Shown one piece after another: positions 1 to 11,903 of a DNA stretch of 64,000 nucleotides (position 1 is the stretch's first letter; every line of letters begins with the position of its first letter). The DNA is from Leucoraja erinacea. Lineage: Eukaryota. Where the stretch lies: contig NC_073401.1 of NCBI RefSeq assembly GCF_028641065.1, positions 8,928,001 through 8,992,000 on the forward strand. Reading direction: 5' to 3'. The notes beneath the pieces were generated by a model that saw only the letters and a program-made list of their open reading frames with translations, made no database searches and was not told where the DNA came from. The position numbers and the translations under genes were made by a program.

Positions 1-75
1 GAGATCTCTGCTAAACTAATTTCCACACTCATTTTCATAGATGTGTACCAGATATGATTATTGGAGAGTAATCAG

Positions 76-2047
76 TAGAGCCAGGAAGTTTAGGCACTAA
101 AAAACCCTGAAATAGGCAAGCAAAAAGGCAAAATAAAATTACAAAAAAGGCACATTGACAAAAAAGGCATAACAAGGCATTTATTTCCATCACCAAAATA
201 TGGTTAAAAATGATAATATAAAGGTATACCACATTAAATGACCAAAGTTGCCTGGTTGCACATAATTACTAGCATTTTTCTCAAATTATCTGGTATTAAA
301 CTATGCTGTCAGACAGAATATGCTTCAGTTGTGAAAAACGTCTTTCTACCTCAGCTGAGGTCACTGGTGCATACCCGAAATAAGCTACAGACTCTATATT
401 CATGTCGATATCTTGTGCATTACAACCACCTTTGAGAACTTTAGCTATATTTTCTATTTCTTTAAAATCTTTGTTAGCTAAAATCACTCTCTCACATTTT
501 TCTTGTATGTCTTTACCTCCATCACCAGGAACTTTACGAATATTGTCAGTTACTTTGTTGAAAACCTGCAAGTTATTCACTAATATTTTGCCACGTTTCT
601 TAAGGGAAGTGATAGCTTGTGGGAAGTTTGCAAAATTGGAAGCAATAAATACAAGATCTTGGTGGAGGGACTTTTTCTGCATGATTTCACTGACGATCCT
701 GACCGCAGCAGATTCTTCTTCAAAATAGTTGACTATTTCCTTTATCTTTTCAAAATTTGCATCATAGTAGAATACAGTGGGGAGCCATGTATCCCACCTA
801 GTCAAAACGGGCTGAGGAGGTAGTGGAATCTCAGGTGCCATTTCCTTGAACAACTGCACACGTGACGGTGCTTTGAGGAAGATTTTATTGACATTGAAAT
901 CTAGGCGAACAACATTTTGAAACAAGCTACGTACGTGTTTAGCAATTCTTTGAAGTCCTTGAGCTAAGAATGTCAAATGCAATATTTTGGAGAATAAAAC
1001 TAAGTCACAAACAGAAGAACATTCTCGTGTTTTATACCTTCTGGCCAAAGTACAGCAAGTGAAGATATAAACAACTGATCAACAGTTGAGCTGTTTCACC
1101 TCCAATACTTCCGATGCCAACAAATACTCCTTTGATAGTGACCTGCCTCCAGTGTACCGATGACCACATTGGCAACATATCTCCCCACAGCACCGTCGTC
1201 TCGTCTATTGAGACTCATATTTTGTTGCATGCTACTTCATCTCTAATTTTCTGCACAACAATGTTGAAGTTGCTGTCAACATAATTTTTCCGTAATAATG
1301 ACTCGCTTGGTCTATGTTCCTCTGTCTATTTCTCTAAAAAACCTCCGAGAGGTTTGTTTTCCAATTTCCACAGTGGAATTCCAGCATCAATGAATGCCTT
1401 GCACAGATCACTCGAAAACTCAGATTTGTGACTGGAGCCAGCAGTAAATGTAGTGAGGAGACAAGCTTAGGTATTTCGCTTGGGTAGTCTACACCCCAGC
1501 GGTATCAACATTGACTTCTCCCATTTTAGATAGACCTTGTCTTCTCCCTCCTCCCCCTCCCACCTCTCCTTCTAGTCCTACAGTCTCTGCCTCTTCCTTT
1601 CTTTTTGCCGCGCCCCCCCCCACCCCATATCAGTCTGAAGCAGGGTCTCAACCCGAAACCTCGCCGATTCCTTCTTTCCATAGATGCTGCCTCACCCGCT
1701 GAGTTTCTCCAGCATTTTTTGTCTACCTTCGATTTTTCCAGCATCTGCAGTTCTTTCTTAAATAGTTCTTGGAGAAGACTGAACCAGCAGGCAGAGGCAC
1801 AATCAAATGAATGACCGATGGTGGCGCCCCCGATTTCGCCCTGGTGGTGGAGGTTTTCTTATAATAACATTAATATTAATATGTTAACATAGAAAACAGT
1901 ACAACTAGGTAAATAGCAAGACCTTTTAGCAAAACGGCAAAAAAAGGCTGATTTAGGCACTCGATCATGAAAAAGGCATGAAAAGGTATCCTGGTGAAAT
2001 CATCAAAAAAGGCATGAAAAGGTATTTATGGCAAAATCCTGGCTCTT
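76..2047 (-). mobile_element. Decayed hAT-superfamily DNA transposon with CGGBP-like transposase
   Basis: TIRs TAGAGCCAGGA (76-86) / TCCTGGCTCTT (2037-2047); exact 8-bp TSD GTAATCAG at 68-75 and 2048-2055; subterminal AAAAAGGCA repeats at both ends; ORF 296..1048(-) has PPQPVLTRWDTWL and APVTSAEVERRFS (hAT C-terminal motif); ~1290-1430(-) reads SEFSSDLCKAFIDAGIPLWKLENKPLGGFLEK*...PSESLLRKNYV, resembling CGGBP1. Confidence 0.85.
1471..1761 (+). mobile_element. Penelope-like element 3' end inserted in the hAT
   Basis: Encodes VFRLGSLHPSGINIDFSHFR* (same C-terminus as the GIY-YIG fragment at 15.8 kb), followed by the terminal repeat with a degenerate hammerhead core at ~1635-1662. Confidence 0.75.
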
Positions 2048-3321
2048 GTAATCAGGTATAGATGACTCAACTCTTTGATTGTTGTATCTCAACAGTAACA
2101 CCATTACATGATGCCCTGAATAAAATTAGCTGCCTCTACAATGACATAGCATCATACCTGAAATATTGTAAGCCTACATAAGAAAAGACCAAACTCTGGT
2201 GCTTTATTTTACGTGGAAAGTTTCCAAAAGAGCAACTTTTGAATAAGTAGAAGTAGAATATCATGGTGTTCAAATAGAATCCACACACTATCCTTGTTCC
2301 TCTCAAACAGAACTGCACATAATTGGAGGTTCTTTCTTTTGAAGTAACATGTTTATGTCAGAGGAAAATCCCATTCAATTAGACACATTCAAACAATTGC
2401 AGAAATGCCTGGCTCTGCATCTAAATCAGCTTTGGTTAGTTGTGAGGAAGGATTGGAGGTTTGTGGGTACTGATCAGAGTCGATCAGCAGATGGAAGGAT
2501 AGACCATGATCAGGCAAGGGGAAAATCAGTGAAGTGAGGAATAAAATCAATATTTGGATGAACAAGTTCATAATTGGAAAGGGTGACATGTGGATCTGGC
2601 AAATCACTTAAACTGTGATTCAATCAATATATTGTTTGGTAGTTTTACTTTTTTTTCCCAAAATAGAATCTATTCCTCAGTACATTGCTGCTTAACTCAA
2701 AATTCATATAATTCAATTGTATTTATACAGCATTCATCCTGCCTGTGTTGCTTAATTCAGATTAATTAATATTTCAACTTTCTTAAAGATTAATTTGAAT
2801 AAATAGGCATGGCTTAATCTCCACTTAATGTCTTCCTCTTCAAACTGTTTATTCAGTATTATTCATACATCAAATACAAACTTATGAAACTTTAATACTT
2901 CAAGAGGCTTGAAAAAATTGATGACTTTTCAAATAAAACATGGTAGTCCCCCCCCAGACAAAATTAGAAGAAAATTACACTCAGTAATACCATTAAGTAA
3001 AATATAAATACATAACAAAGATAAATCTACCAATTATGTAAAGCACAAATGAAAAGTTTAGACATACCATTTGTCTCAAATTCCCTAATGTAGAATGACT
3101 TTTTCAAAGGGCTGTGCCTAAATTGATCAGAGCAGACACAAGTTACATCTGTACATTCCATTGATGCAAAAGTGAAAATAAGGCACCTTGTACTTTATTA
3201 CAAAGTACCGGAAGCTCCAATTTATATAATTTGACTCCACAAAAAACAGGCAATCATATTAAAAACAAAACCTTGCAGTTTTTTTTTTTTACTGATTTGT
3301 GCATACAATTAGTCTATGTTT

Positions 3322-3631
3322 TAGTTTTAGAGATACAGCAAGGAAACAGGCCCTCCGGCCCACTGAGTCCGCGTTGCCCAGCACACTATCCCACACACTA
3401 GGGATAATTTATACATTCACCAAGCCAATTAACCTACAAACCTGTGCTTCTTTGGAATGTGGGAGGAAACCAAAGATCTTGGAGACCAAAGATCTTGGAG
3501 AAAACCCATGCGGTCACGGGGAGAATGTACAAATTCCATAGACAGGCACCCGTAGGCGGAATTGAACCTGGGTCTCCGGCGTTGCAAGCGCTGGAAGGCC
3601 GCAACTCTACTGCTGTGCCATGGTGGCCCCC
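3322..3631 (-). mobile_element. tRNA-derived V-SINE (HE1/MER6-like) with CR1-type tail
   Basis: tRNA-like head (B-box rc of GAATTGAACC), V-domain AAACCCATGCGGTCACGGGGAGAATGTACAAA, tail AAACAGGCCCTCCGGCCCAC; related copies at ~18600-18880(+), 33170-33400(-), 51515-51700(+). Confidence 0.7.
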
Positions 3632-4199
3632 AAAGGGGTGTGGATGTGCAGTTTACCAAGGAATCCTAGTACCTTGGAGTTAAGCTAAAGCATGTGAAAT
3701 CCTACTGCAATGTTGTACCTGTTAAATGAGTGAAACCACTTGCTCTGCCAACCATGCCAGAGTAATCAAGAAATGTGTTATACAATGACATATTTGGTTT
3801 TAGCTGCATGCTGCAAACTGCAAATTCTGCGAGTTCAACATAAACATGATTCTGGTATCAATTTGACACTAAAGAACTGTAGATAGCTACTTACAATACA
3901 AAATCCTTTTGCACATTAACTCAGAAAATGTTGCTTCTGTGCAATCTGGTTTATTTATTGATGCGGTTTAAGCAAGTGAAAACATAGTAGGTACTAGACT
4001 AAGTGGTCACCATGTTCACACAGGAGGGCTGGTCCCCCGACGCAATATTCCACCTCTCCACCAATTCCAATATTGGTGGCCAGTGGGGGGGGGGCTTTCT
4101 GGAGTGCTGGTATGGGTTCTTGGGGTGGCAGCTCAGTCCCTCAAATCTGATCTGCTGGCAGCTCACTTACGGCTGGACTCGTGACTATTCCTTGAAATT

Positions 4200-4490
4200 C
4201 CATTTCAAGCAGGGTGCAAGGCCGCCAAATTCAAGTGCAATTTCCAACCACTTCAAGCAGGGTGCAAGGCCACCGAATTCGTGCAGTTTCATACCACTTC
4301 AAGCTGGATCCAAGGCCACCAAATTCAAGTGCAGTTTCATACCACTTTCAGCAGGGTGCAAGGCCACCAAATTCAGTGCAGTTTCATACCACTTCAAGCA
4401 AGGAAATTCAAGTGCAGTTTCATTCCACCAAGCAGGGTGCAAGGCCACCAAATTCAAATGCAGCTTCATGCCATTTCATGCAGGGTGAAA
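4200..4490. repeat. ~48-bp tandem minisatellite (TTCAAGCAGGGTGCAAGGCCACCAAATTCAAGTGCAGTTTCATACCAC)
   Basis: About 6 degenerate copies; explains the repetitive ORFs at 4003-4711. Confidence 0.9.
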
Positions 4491-4859
4491 CCACCATAAA
4501 ACCACACAAAACACCAAACTCACTGTTCAGTTGCCATTCAGCGTGTTCAGTTGATTCACAGCACAGACAGAGTCATGACCTCTCCTTCCCCATCATGCAG
4601 AGACTAAGCCACACCCACACTTCTGGGTTTTATAACCCCACCCCCTCCCACCAGAAAAGGTGTGGCTTTCATGGCGCGATTGACAGGAGAGAGATTCTCA
4701 ACATTTTTTAAACACTAATAACACTTTTATTTTTCATTGATGGGAAGAATTCTCTGCACCTGCTCAGCGGAGGGGGGACTGAGTAAGATGGCCAAAAATC
4801 ACAGCCGTAAGTGGTAGCGTTTTATCTAAAATCAATATACAGTGCAAACAGGAAGTAAG

Positions 4860-5670
4860 TGCATTTGCAGTAGTGCCTTTCAACTTCAAGCCAAAGCACC
4901 CAAGCCACCATTTGCAGTAAGTAGTGCCTTTCAACGTCATGCCACCATTTGCAGTAAGTGGTGCCTTTCAACTTCAAGCAAAGCACCCAAGCCACCATTT
5001 GCAGTAAGAAGTGCCTTTCAACTTCAAGCCAAAGCACCCAAGCCACCATTTGCAGTAAGAAGTGCCTTTCAACTTCAAGCCAAAGCACCCAAGCCACCAT
5101 TTGCAGTAAGAAGTGCCTTTCAACTTCAAGCAAAGCACCCAAGCAACCATTTGCAGTAAGTAGTGCCTTTCAACTTCAAGCCAAAGCACCCAAGCCACCA
5201 TTTGCAGTAAGTAGTGCCTTTCAACTTGCAGTAGTAAGTGCCTTTGCAGTAAGTAGTGCCTTTCAACTTCAAGCCAAAGCACCCAAGCCACCATTTGCAG
5301 TAAGTGCCTTTCAACTTCAAGCCAAAGCACCCAAGCCACCATTTGCAGTAAGTAGTGCCTTTCAACTTCAAGCCAAAGCACCCAAGCCACCATTTGCAGT
5401 TAGTGCCTTTCAACTTCAAGCCAAAGCACCCAAGCCACCATTTGCAGTTAGTGCCTTTCAACTTCAAGCCAAAGCACCCAAGCCACCATTTGCTGGAAGT
5501 AGTGCCTTTCAACCTCAAGCCAAAGCACCCAAGCCACCGTGTGCAGTAAGTAGTGCCTTTCAACTTCAAGCAAAACACCCAAGCCACCATTTGCAGTAAG
5601 TAGTGCCTTTCAACTTTAAACCAAAGCACCCAAACAACCATTTGCAGGCAGTGTCTTTTTACTTCAAACA
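4860..5670. repeat. ~51-bp tandem minisatellite (TTTGCAGTAAGTAGTGCCTTTCAACTTCAAGCCAAAGCACCCAAGCCACCA)
   Basis: About 15 copies; 17-aa periodicity in the ORFs at 4822-5671. Confidence 0.95.
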
Positions 5671-6489
5671 AATCATATTTTCATTTTCAAACCACATTAA
5701 GGGGACTCACAGTTGTGTAGACATTTGTTCAGTGTTATTCAGAGCTCAGAGAGACGTTACCCTTGGCTTCGTCCATCTTGCAGAGACTGACTGAGGCACA
5801 CCACTTCCTGGTTTTATAGTCCCTCCCCCTCCCTCCAGAGAGATTGGTGATTTTTTTTAAAACATCAATATCTCTCTGATTTGTCATTGATGGGAAAAAT
5901 CCTCCGCACCCGTAAGGCGGAGGGGGGCTCTGAGCGAGCTGGCCAAAAATGACGGCCGTAGGTGGCTGCGTTCAGTCGGAAATCGCTGCACAGTGGGCCA
6001 AAAGCGGTCAAGATCAGAATTTTAGTAATATAGAAGATACTAGAACTGCAAGCAGAAAATAAAAGTACGTCTAATATTTTTTCATTGCAAGCTTGACTGT
6101 TCTCATCAGTTTAATATTGGTAATGTATACTGTCATGCACATTAAAGAATTCTACAGTTGGATTCATTCATCAAGGGGTTTCTTCTTGGCTAGTCAAATT
6201 CGTCTTCATCGATTCTTGATTTGAAAAAAAAATAATAGTACAACCAACCATAAATCCTGTCACGTGCGAACTTTCTCAAAAGCACCTGAAATTATATGAC
6301 AGAAATGGAACTACTTCAGGTTTTTTGTATCAGTAAAACTGGTCATAATTCCTATCTACAAATAAAACAGCACTCCTTTGGTTTTCGAAGTCTTTAGCTA
6401 GACAAATTACTCAGAAACTAAAATTTAGGAGTGAAGGGGCAGAGTCCAGGATGGTTTGCTCTCTCCCCATTGCAAGAATATCGTAAACT

Positions 6490-7800
6490 GGCTTCAGCAC
6501 ATTCTGAAGGGGGAGGGTGAGTAGCCAGTGGTCATTGGAGATACCACCGAGTGATCATTGTAGATAGGGATGAGATCCTGCAACAGGAGTTTAGGGAGCT
6601 ACGAAGCCATTTAAAAAGCAGGACCTCAAAAGTTGTAATCTCCGGATTGTTTCCACTGTCACAAACTACTGATTAGAGGAACAGAAGGATAGTTAAGATG
6701 AATGTGTGGCAGAAGGGATGGTGCAGGAAGATGGGTTTTAGGTTCCTGGATCAATGGGGCTATTTCTAGGGAAGGTGAAAACTGTACATGTCGGATGAGT
6801 CGCACCTAAACAGTTAATCAAGGAATGTATTGCTTCAGTATTGAGGGAGGACGTTCTAGAAAGTTCCTCAGAAAAGGCTGTAGAGCTGGCGATTAGGAAC
6901 AAAAGTCCTATTGTCACTTTTGGGAATGTATTGCAGGCCTCTTAACAGTTAACAGGAAACTGAGGAATAGATATGTGGGCAAACAACAGAGAAATGCAAC
7001 AAAAAATGGTTCTAGTACTAGGAGTCTAGTACTATGTGGTTTTAATATCAAGGCTCAGAGGGGATGTTTTTTTTAAGATATGTCCAGCTGTACAATATGT
7101 ACATAGACTCAAGAGGAAAACAGCATTGCTGGACCTCATTTTGAGCAACATATTTGGTCAAGTGGAGTGGTGTCAGTGGCGGAACATCTTAGAGATAGCA
7201 GCCACTTGGGCGACCTAATTGGCGAGTTTAGAAGAGTTTGAAAAAATGACATGTTGATGACCTCCTTCGACTATGTTGAAGACCAGCTTCAACTAGCTAC
7301 GACTAACTTCGGGAAAACTGGACACCGAATAGTGGAGAGTGAAGACGACCTCCTTCGATTATGATGACTATCTACAACTACCTTTGACTACCCTCGATTA
7401 CCTACGACTAACATGCCGACCTACTAGGACGAAACCTACGAGTAAAAAAAGTATCGATTTTTTTCCATGGCGACCTTTTTTTTCTCTTGTGCATTTTTTA
7501 ACATATCGAAAAAACCTAGCTGAGGCCTTGAGTACGCGGAGACCACTCTCGAGCATGAAGGAGAGATACGAAGACCTCCTACAACCTTGTGTCGACCGTG
7601 CTGCGAGTACGAGTCGAGGTCAAACTCGCCAGAACTCGCGGATTAGGTCGCCCAAGTAGGACAGGCCCTTAACTGTACATTTCAAAGTGGTTATATAAAA
7701 AGATTGGGATGAATAAGGAATAAAGATCTTAAATTAGGGGAAGACAAATTTCATTAAGCTAAGACAGGACCTAGCGAAGGTAAACCGGGAGCATCTACCT
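6490..7800 (+). mobile_element. Decayed CR1 LINE (ORF1 esterase/ORF2 endonuclease region), interrupted by a MITE
   Basis: CR1-type peptides (LKSRTSKVVISGL, NVWQKGWCRKMGFRFLD, ALLDLILSN) with stops and frameshifts. Confidence 0.65.
7202..7669. mobile_element. PIF/Harbinger-type MITE (left TIR partly lost)
   Basis: CCACTTGGGCGACCTAAT ... ATTAGGTCGCCCAAGTAGGACAGGCCCT followed by TAA; same family as 43784-43988. Confidence 0.7.
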
Positions 7801-8077
7801 ACAGGCGTCTACATAGAGCAGGAGCAGAATTAGGCCAATCAAGTCTACTCCACCATTTAATCATGGCTGATATATCTTTCCCTCTCAACTATATTATCCT
7901 GCCTTCTCCCCATAATACCCGACACCCTTACTAATCACAAATCTGTGAATCTCCGCCTTAAAAATATTAATTGACGGCCTCCACAACCATCTGTGGCAAT
8001 GAATTCCACTGATTCACCACCCTCTGACTAAAGAAATTCCTCATCATCTTTCTACAGGTACATCCTTTTATTCTGAG

Positions 8078-8908
8078 GCGCCGCCGGGCAACCTAAACAC
8101 CGAGTCATTTTGCCCGGCTTGGCAACCAGATACTGGTTTGTACTGAAGATAGACACAAAAAACTGGAGTAACTCCGCGGGTCAGGCAGCATCTCTGGAGA
8201 AAAGGAATGCAACATTTTGTGTCGGCGGTGACGGCTGTATTGCGTGGGAAAGATACTAGGTGCGGGGTGACGAAGGGTCGCAGCGAATGACGGCCCCCGA
8301 ACTGCGACAGCGGCTCCATCTCCTCCTCCTCCCGCACCCTGCCCGCCCTGATAAGGGCTGCTGCTTGCAAATCCGCTAACGGCGCATTTTCAAAACAAAC
8401 CCTCCCGCACGCCGAGGCCGGGAGGAGGGTGGGAGGGGGAGGCCTCGGCGTGCGGGAGGGTTTGTTTTGAAAGCGGTTATCGCTGTTAGCGGGTTTGCAA
8501 GCAGGGAGGAGGAGGAAGAGATGGAGCCGCTGTGCGGGACCCGTCATTCGCTCCGATACTTCTGAAGCAGCTGCACCATAGATCCTATAGCTATAGGATC
8601 TTTGAGCTGCACCGCTCGGCCCCACACCTTGCTGTTGGCTGGTGGAGGAGGGAGGCGGTGGCGAGGAAATCCCAACGGCCAAGGCAGCGGGGCGATGTTG
8701 TCCAAGGAGTGCTGACCCTCCTTCCTCCAGATCTCTCTCTCTCTCTTCCCCCCCCCCCCTTATCCTGGGACCCCTCCTCTACATCCAGCACTGATCCCCA
8801 TTCCCGCCTCCCCTGTGCTCCGCTCCCCATCTCCTCTTCCCCCCCCCCCCCCACCAATCTATTCATCCTGCGCTGATCACCTTATCCACCTCGCATTGAT
8901 TCTCCTGC

Positions 8909-8942
<34 letters not shown>

Positions 8943-9915
8943 ACACCCATCCATCCTGCACTGGTTCCCCAATTCACCCTGTACTTACCCCTTTCCCATC
9001 CATCCTGCACTTCTCCTCCATCCATCCTGTACTGATCCCCCATCCATCCTGTACTAATCCACACATTCATCCCGTACTGACCCACCCTCCATTTACCCTG
9101 CACCTTCCTCTCATTCATCCTGTAGTGATCCCCCATTCATCCTGCACAGACCCTCCGATCCACACTGTACTGATCCCTCCCCCATTCATCCTGCGCTGAT
9201 CTCCCCCCATCCATCCTGTACTGATCCTCCCATTCAAGAAGAATGGGGGGAACAGTCTGAAGAAAGGTCTCGACCCGAAACGTTGCCGATTTCCTTTGCT
9301 CCATAGATGCTGCCTCACCCGCTAAGTTTCTCCAGCACTTTTGTCTACCCCATCCACCCCCATTCAACATCACTGACATCCCCCGTGCTCTCCCCTCATA
9401 ATTTTACCGTTGACACTTTATTATAGAATTCATTTTAACGGCAAATCAATGCTCTTAATATGGAATATCAGTACTGTAGTTATTTAATGAGCAACATTCA
9501 TAACTATACGTACGCATATATGTTACCATGGTCCAGGATTTATTGACACAGGTTGATCATACGCTGAATAATTCAACGACATTTTTGTTTGGAAGTGGAA
9601 AGAACTAATAGAAATTGCATTAATTGCAATGTAGAAAGAGTTGAGATACTGTCTTTTAATTTTGCTGCATGTCATTGTGGGATATATCATGTCTTGATTG
9701 GTGACTGTTTCGTTTGTGACTTTATTTGAAGCAGAAATAATATCTAAATGCTTCATTGAGTATAATTCCGACTGGTTCGCACTTCGTCCGAGCACATTAT
9801 CGCACGCGTCATGCAAGCCATCTTAAATGACCACCTAAACTGTCATTTGGCAACCTAAAAAGCTGCCAAGTTTGCCCGGCGGGCAACAGGGAAAAAAAGT
9901 TAAGCAAGAGCCCTG
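8078..9915 (+). mobile_element. hAT-like non-autonomous element, copy 1 (5' TIR missing)
   Basis: Ends GAGCCCTG; 5' part, CCATTCATCCTGTACTGATC minisatellite, embedded Penelope unit and last ~450 bp are shared with 45821-47795. Confidence 0.7.
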
Positions 9916-10251
9916 CTATGTGGTTTCAGAAGACATTTGCCATTCCTTTGATCTCATAGATACATTATTTTCATTTCACTAACCACACTATGCACTGATC
10001 CTATCTCTCCCCAAACTGGTTAGATTTTGTTTTCATTTGACCTACAAATTTCACAGATTAAACAAATAAATATTACTATCAAAAGCACAACAGATATTCA
10101 ATCAATAATTTGTAACTAAAGGAAACGGTTGCAACACTTATAAAAGCTAATCTATACAATTCACTGGTTTAAAAAAAATCATTAATGCTTAAATAGAAAA
10201 ACCTTTAAATTGTTTATTTATTTGTGTCCAGATGTGAACACCATTGCCAAG

Positions 10252-11903
10252 GCTCATTGAGTTTTAAGGCATTTGTTTGAACTTGAGCAGATAGGATGTG
10301 TCTATACACTTCAGAATTCATTCTGCTACTATCATCAGCAGTTGTATCATCAATGAAGATAAGTGAGCCAGTACCTTCAGCAGCCATACATGCCCAGGCC
10401 ATAACATCCCCACCACCGTGTTTCACAGATGAGGTGGTACTGTATGCTTTGGATCTTGGACAGTTCCTCTCTCCTCCATACTTTGCTCTTGCCATCACTC
10501 TGCTATAAGTTAATCTTCATCTCAACTGTCCAAAACTGTGGTTGCTCTTTTAAGCACTTCTTGGCAAACTGTAACCTGGCAATTCTATTTTTGCAGCTAA
10601 CCAGTCGTTTGTGTCTTGCAGCGTAGCCTCTGTATTTCTGCTGCACTCGTGTACAGCGCTGCTGAGTACGCTGCCCCCGCATGGTGCAGCAGCGCTCATA
10701 CTAGCAAGCTAGACACCATGCAGATCATCACCGGGCTGCCTATGCCCTACTCTGACGGATCTTCTGCCGTTGGTCGCAGGTATCACATCCGCCAAGCTTC
10801 GCAGAGAGTACCTAAACATAAACATCACTTATAGGCTGGTGTGCAAGGCCCGATTGGATGCCAAACCCAGGACACACAGCAACTGGGACCTCAATGCCTG
10901 TCATCTCATTGCCCCTTCTCCCATCACGCAGCAACCCTCTGTGGCTCCGGTTTCAACACAATAAGAGCATGGAGAACCAGCTGGGAACAGACTTTGCGAC
11001 CTCTGCAATTTACTGTTGCACCGAACACCACAGCCCCACCCGGCATGGACCTGCCCCACAAAGAGTGGGTCGCTCTGAACCGGCTCCATATAGGGGTCAG
11101 CCAGTTCAACGGTAACATGCATTGCTGGGGGCTGCGTTCATCAGCAGCCTGCATGTGTGGAGCAGACCAGCAAACAGCTCAGCATGTCATTTTCAACTGC
11201 GCTGTCCTCCGCCCTCCTGGTGGAGGGGGTAACCTCACGGCCCTCGACAACAGCACATGGAACTGGCTACAGTGCCTGGAGGGCGTTACATAACTTCTGC
11301 TGCCTCAAACGCAAAAAAAGTCTGTATTTCTGTTCATGAAGTCTTCTGCGGACAGTGGTCATTGACAAATGACCACTTGGCCTGCCAGTCCTTTTGCGAT
11401 TAGTAAGCTCACCAGTGTTATATTTCTTCTTAATGATGTTCCAAACAGTTCATTTTGGTAAGCCTAAGGTTTAGCTGACGTCTCGAACAGTTTTATTCAT
11501 GTTTCTCAGTCTCATAATGGCTTCTTTGACTTTCATTGGCACAACTTTGGTCCTCATGTTGCAATAAAAGTTGCCAAAGGTGATGGAAAGACAGGAGGAA
11601 AGACTACGTGCTGAGAGTTCTCTTATACCTGCATTAAGGAGGCAATTACAAACTCCTGTGAAGCCATGTGTCCCAAACATTATGGTGCCCTAAAATGGGG
11701 GGGGGGGGGGGGGGGGACTCTGTATAAACAGTACTGTAATTTCTACATGGTGAAAACAAAATGTATGAAAATGGGCATTATTAAAATCAGACAATGTGCA
11801 CTTTAACCACGTTATTTTTTTCTATTATAAATCTCAAATTGTATAGTACAGAGGCAAATAAATAAGTGATGGGTCTTTGTCCCAAACATTATGGGGGACA
11901 CTG
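10252..11903 (-). mobile_element. Truncated Tc1 transposon (same family as 34929-36527), interrupted by a LINE fragment
   Basis: SVKHGGGDVMAWACMAAEGTG and MRTKVVPMKVKEAIMRL peptides; one TIR ending ...GGACACTG|TA at 11903. Confidence 0.9.
10641..11320 (+). mobile_element. 5'-truncated non-LTR retrotransposon (RT thumb plus C-terminal CCHC knuckle; Ingi/Vingi-like, tentative)
   Basis: LVYSAAEYAAPAW and WVALNRL...CMCG...QTAQHVIFNC motifs; 12-bp TSD TCTGTATTTCTG at 10629-10640 and 11321-11332; tail CAAACGCAAAAAAAG. Confidence 0.8.

Larger units (their letters stand above)
3994..6037 (-). mobile_element. Non-autonomous Helitron with internal minisatellites
   Basis: On the - strand it begins 5'-TCTTCTATATTACTAAAA (6037) and ends ...TTAGTCTAG-3' (3994), sitting between A and T with no TSD; the canonical 3' hairpin is not evident. 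Confidence 0.65.

Noticed and set aside
4003-5794. Many long overlapping ORFs on both strands
   Set aside because: Products of 48- and 51-bp tandem repeats (multiples of 3); no splice or protein-family support. Not CRISPR: no unique spacers and the DNA is eukaryotic
8911-8942. Long C/G homopolymers (also ~11697, 24319, 46982)
   Set aside because: Inside repeats; lengths are unreliable in assemblies
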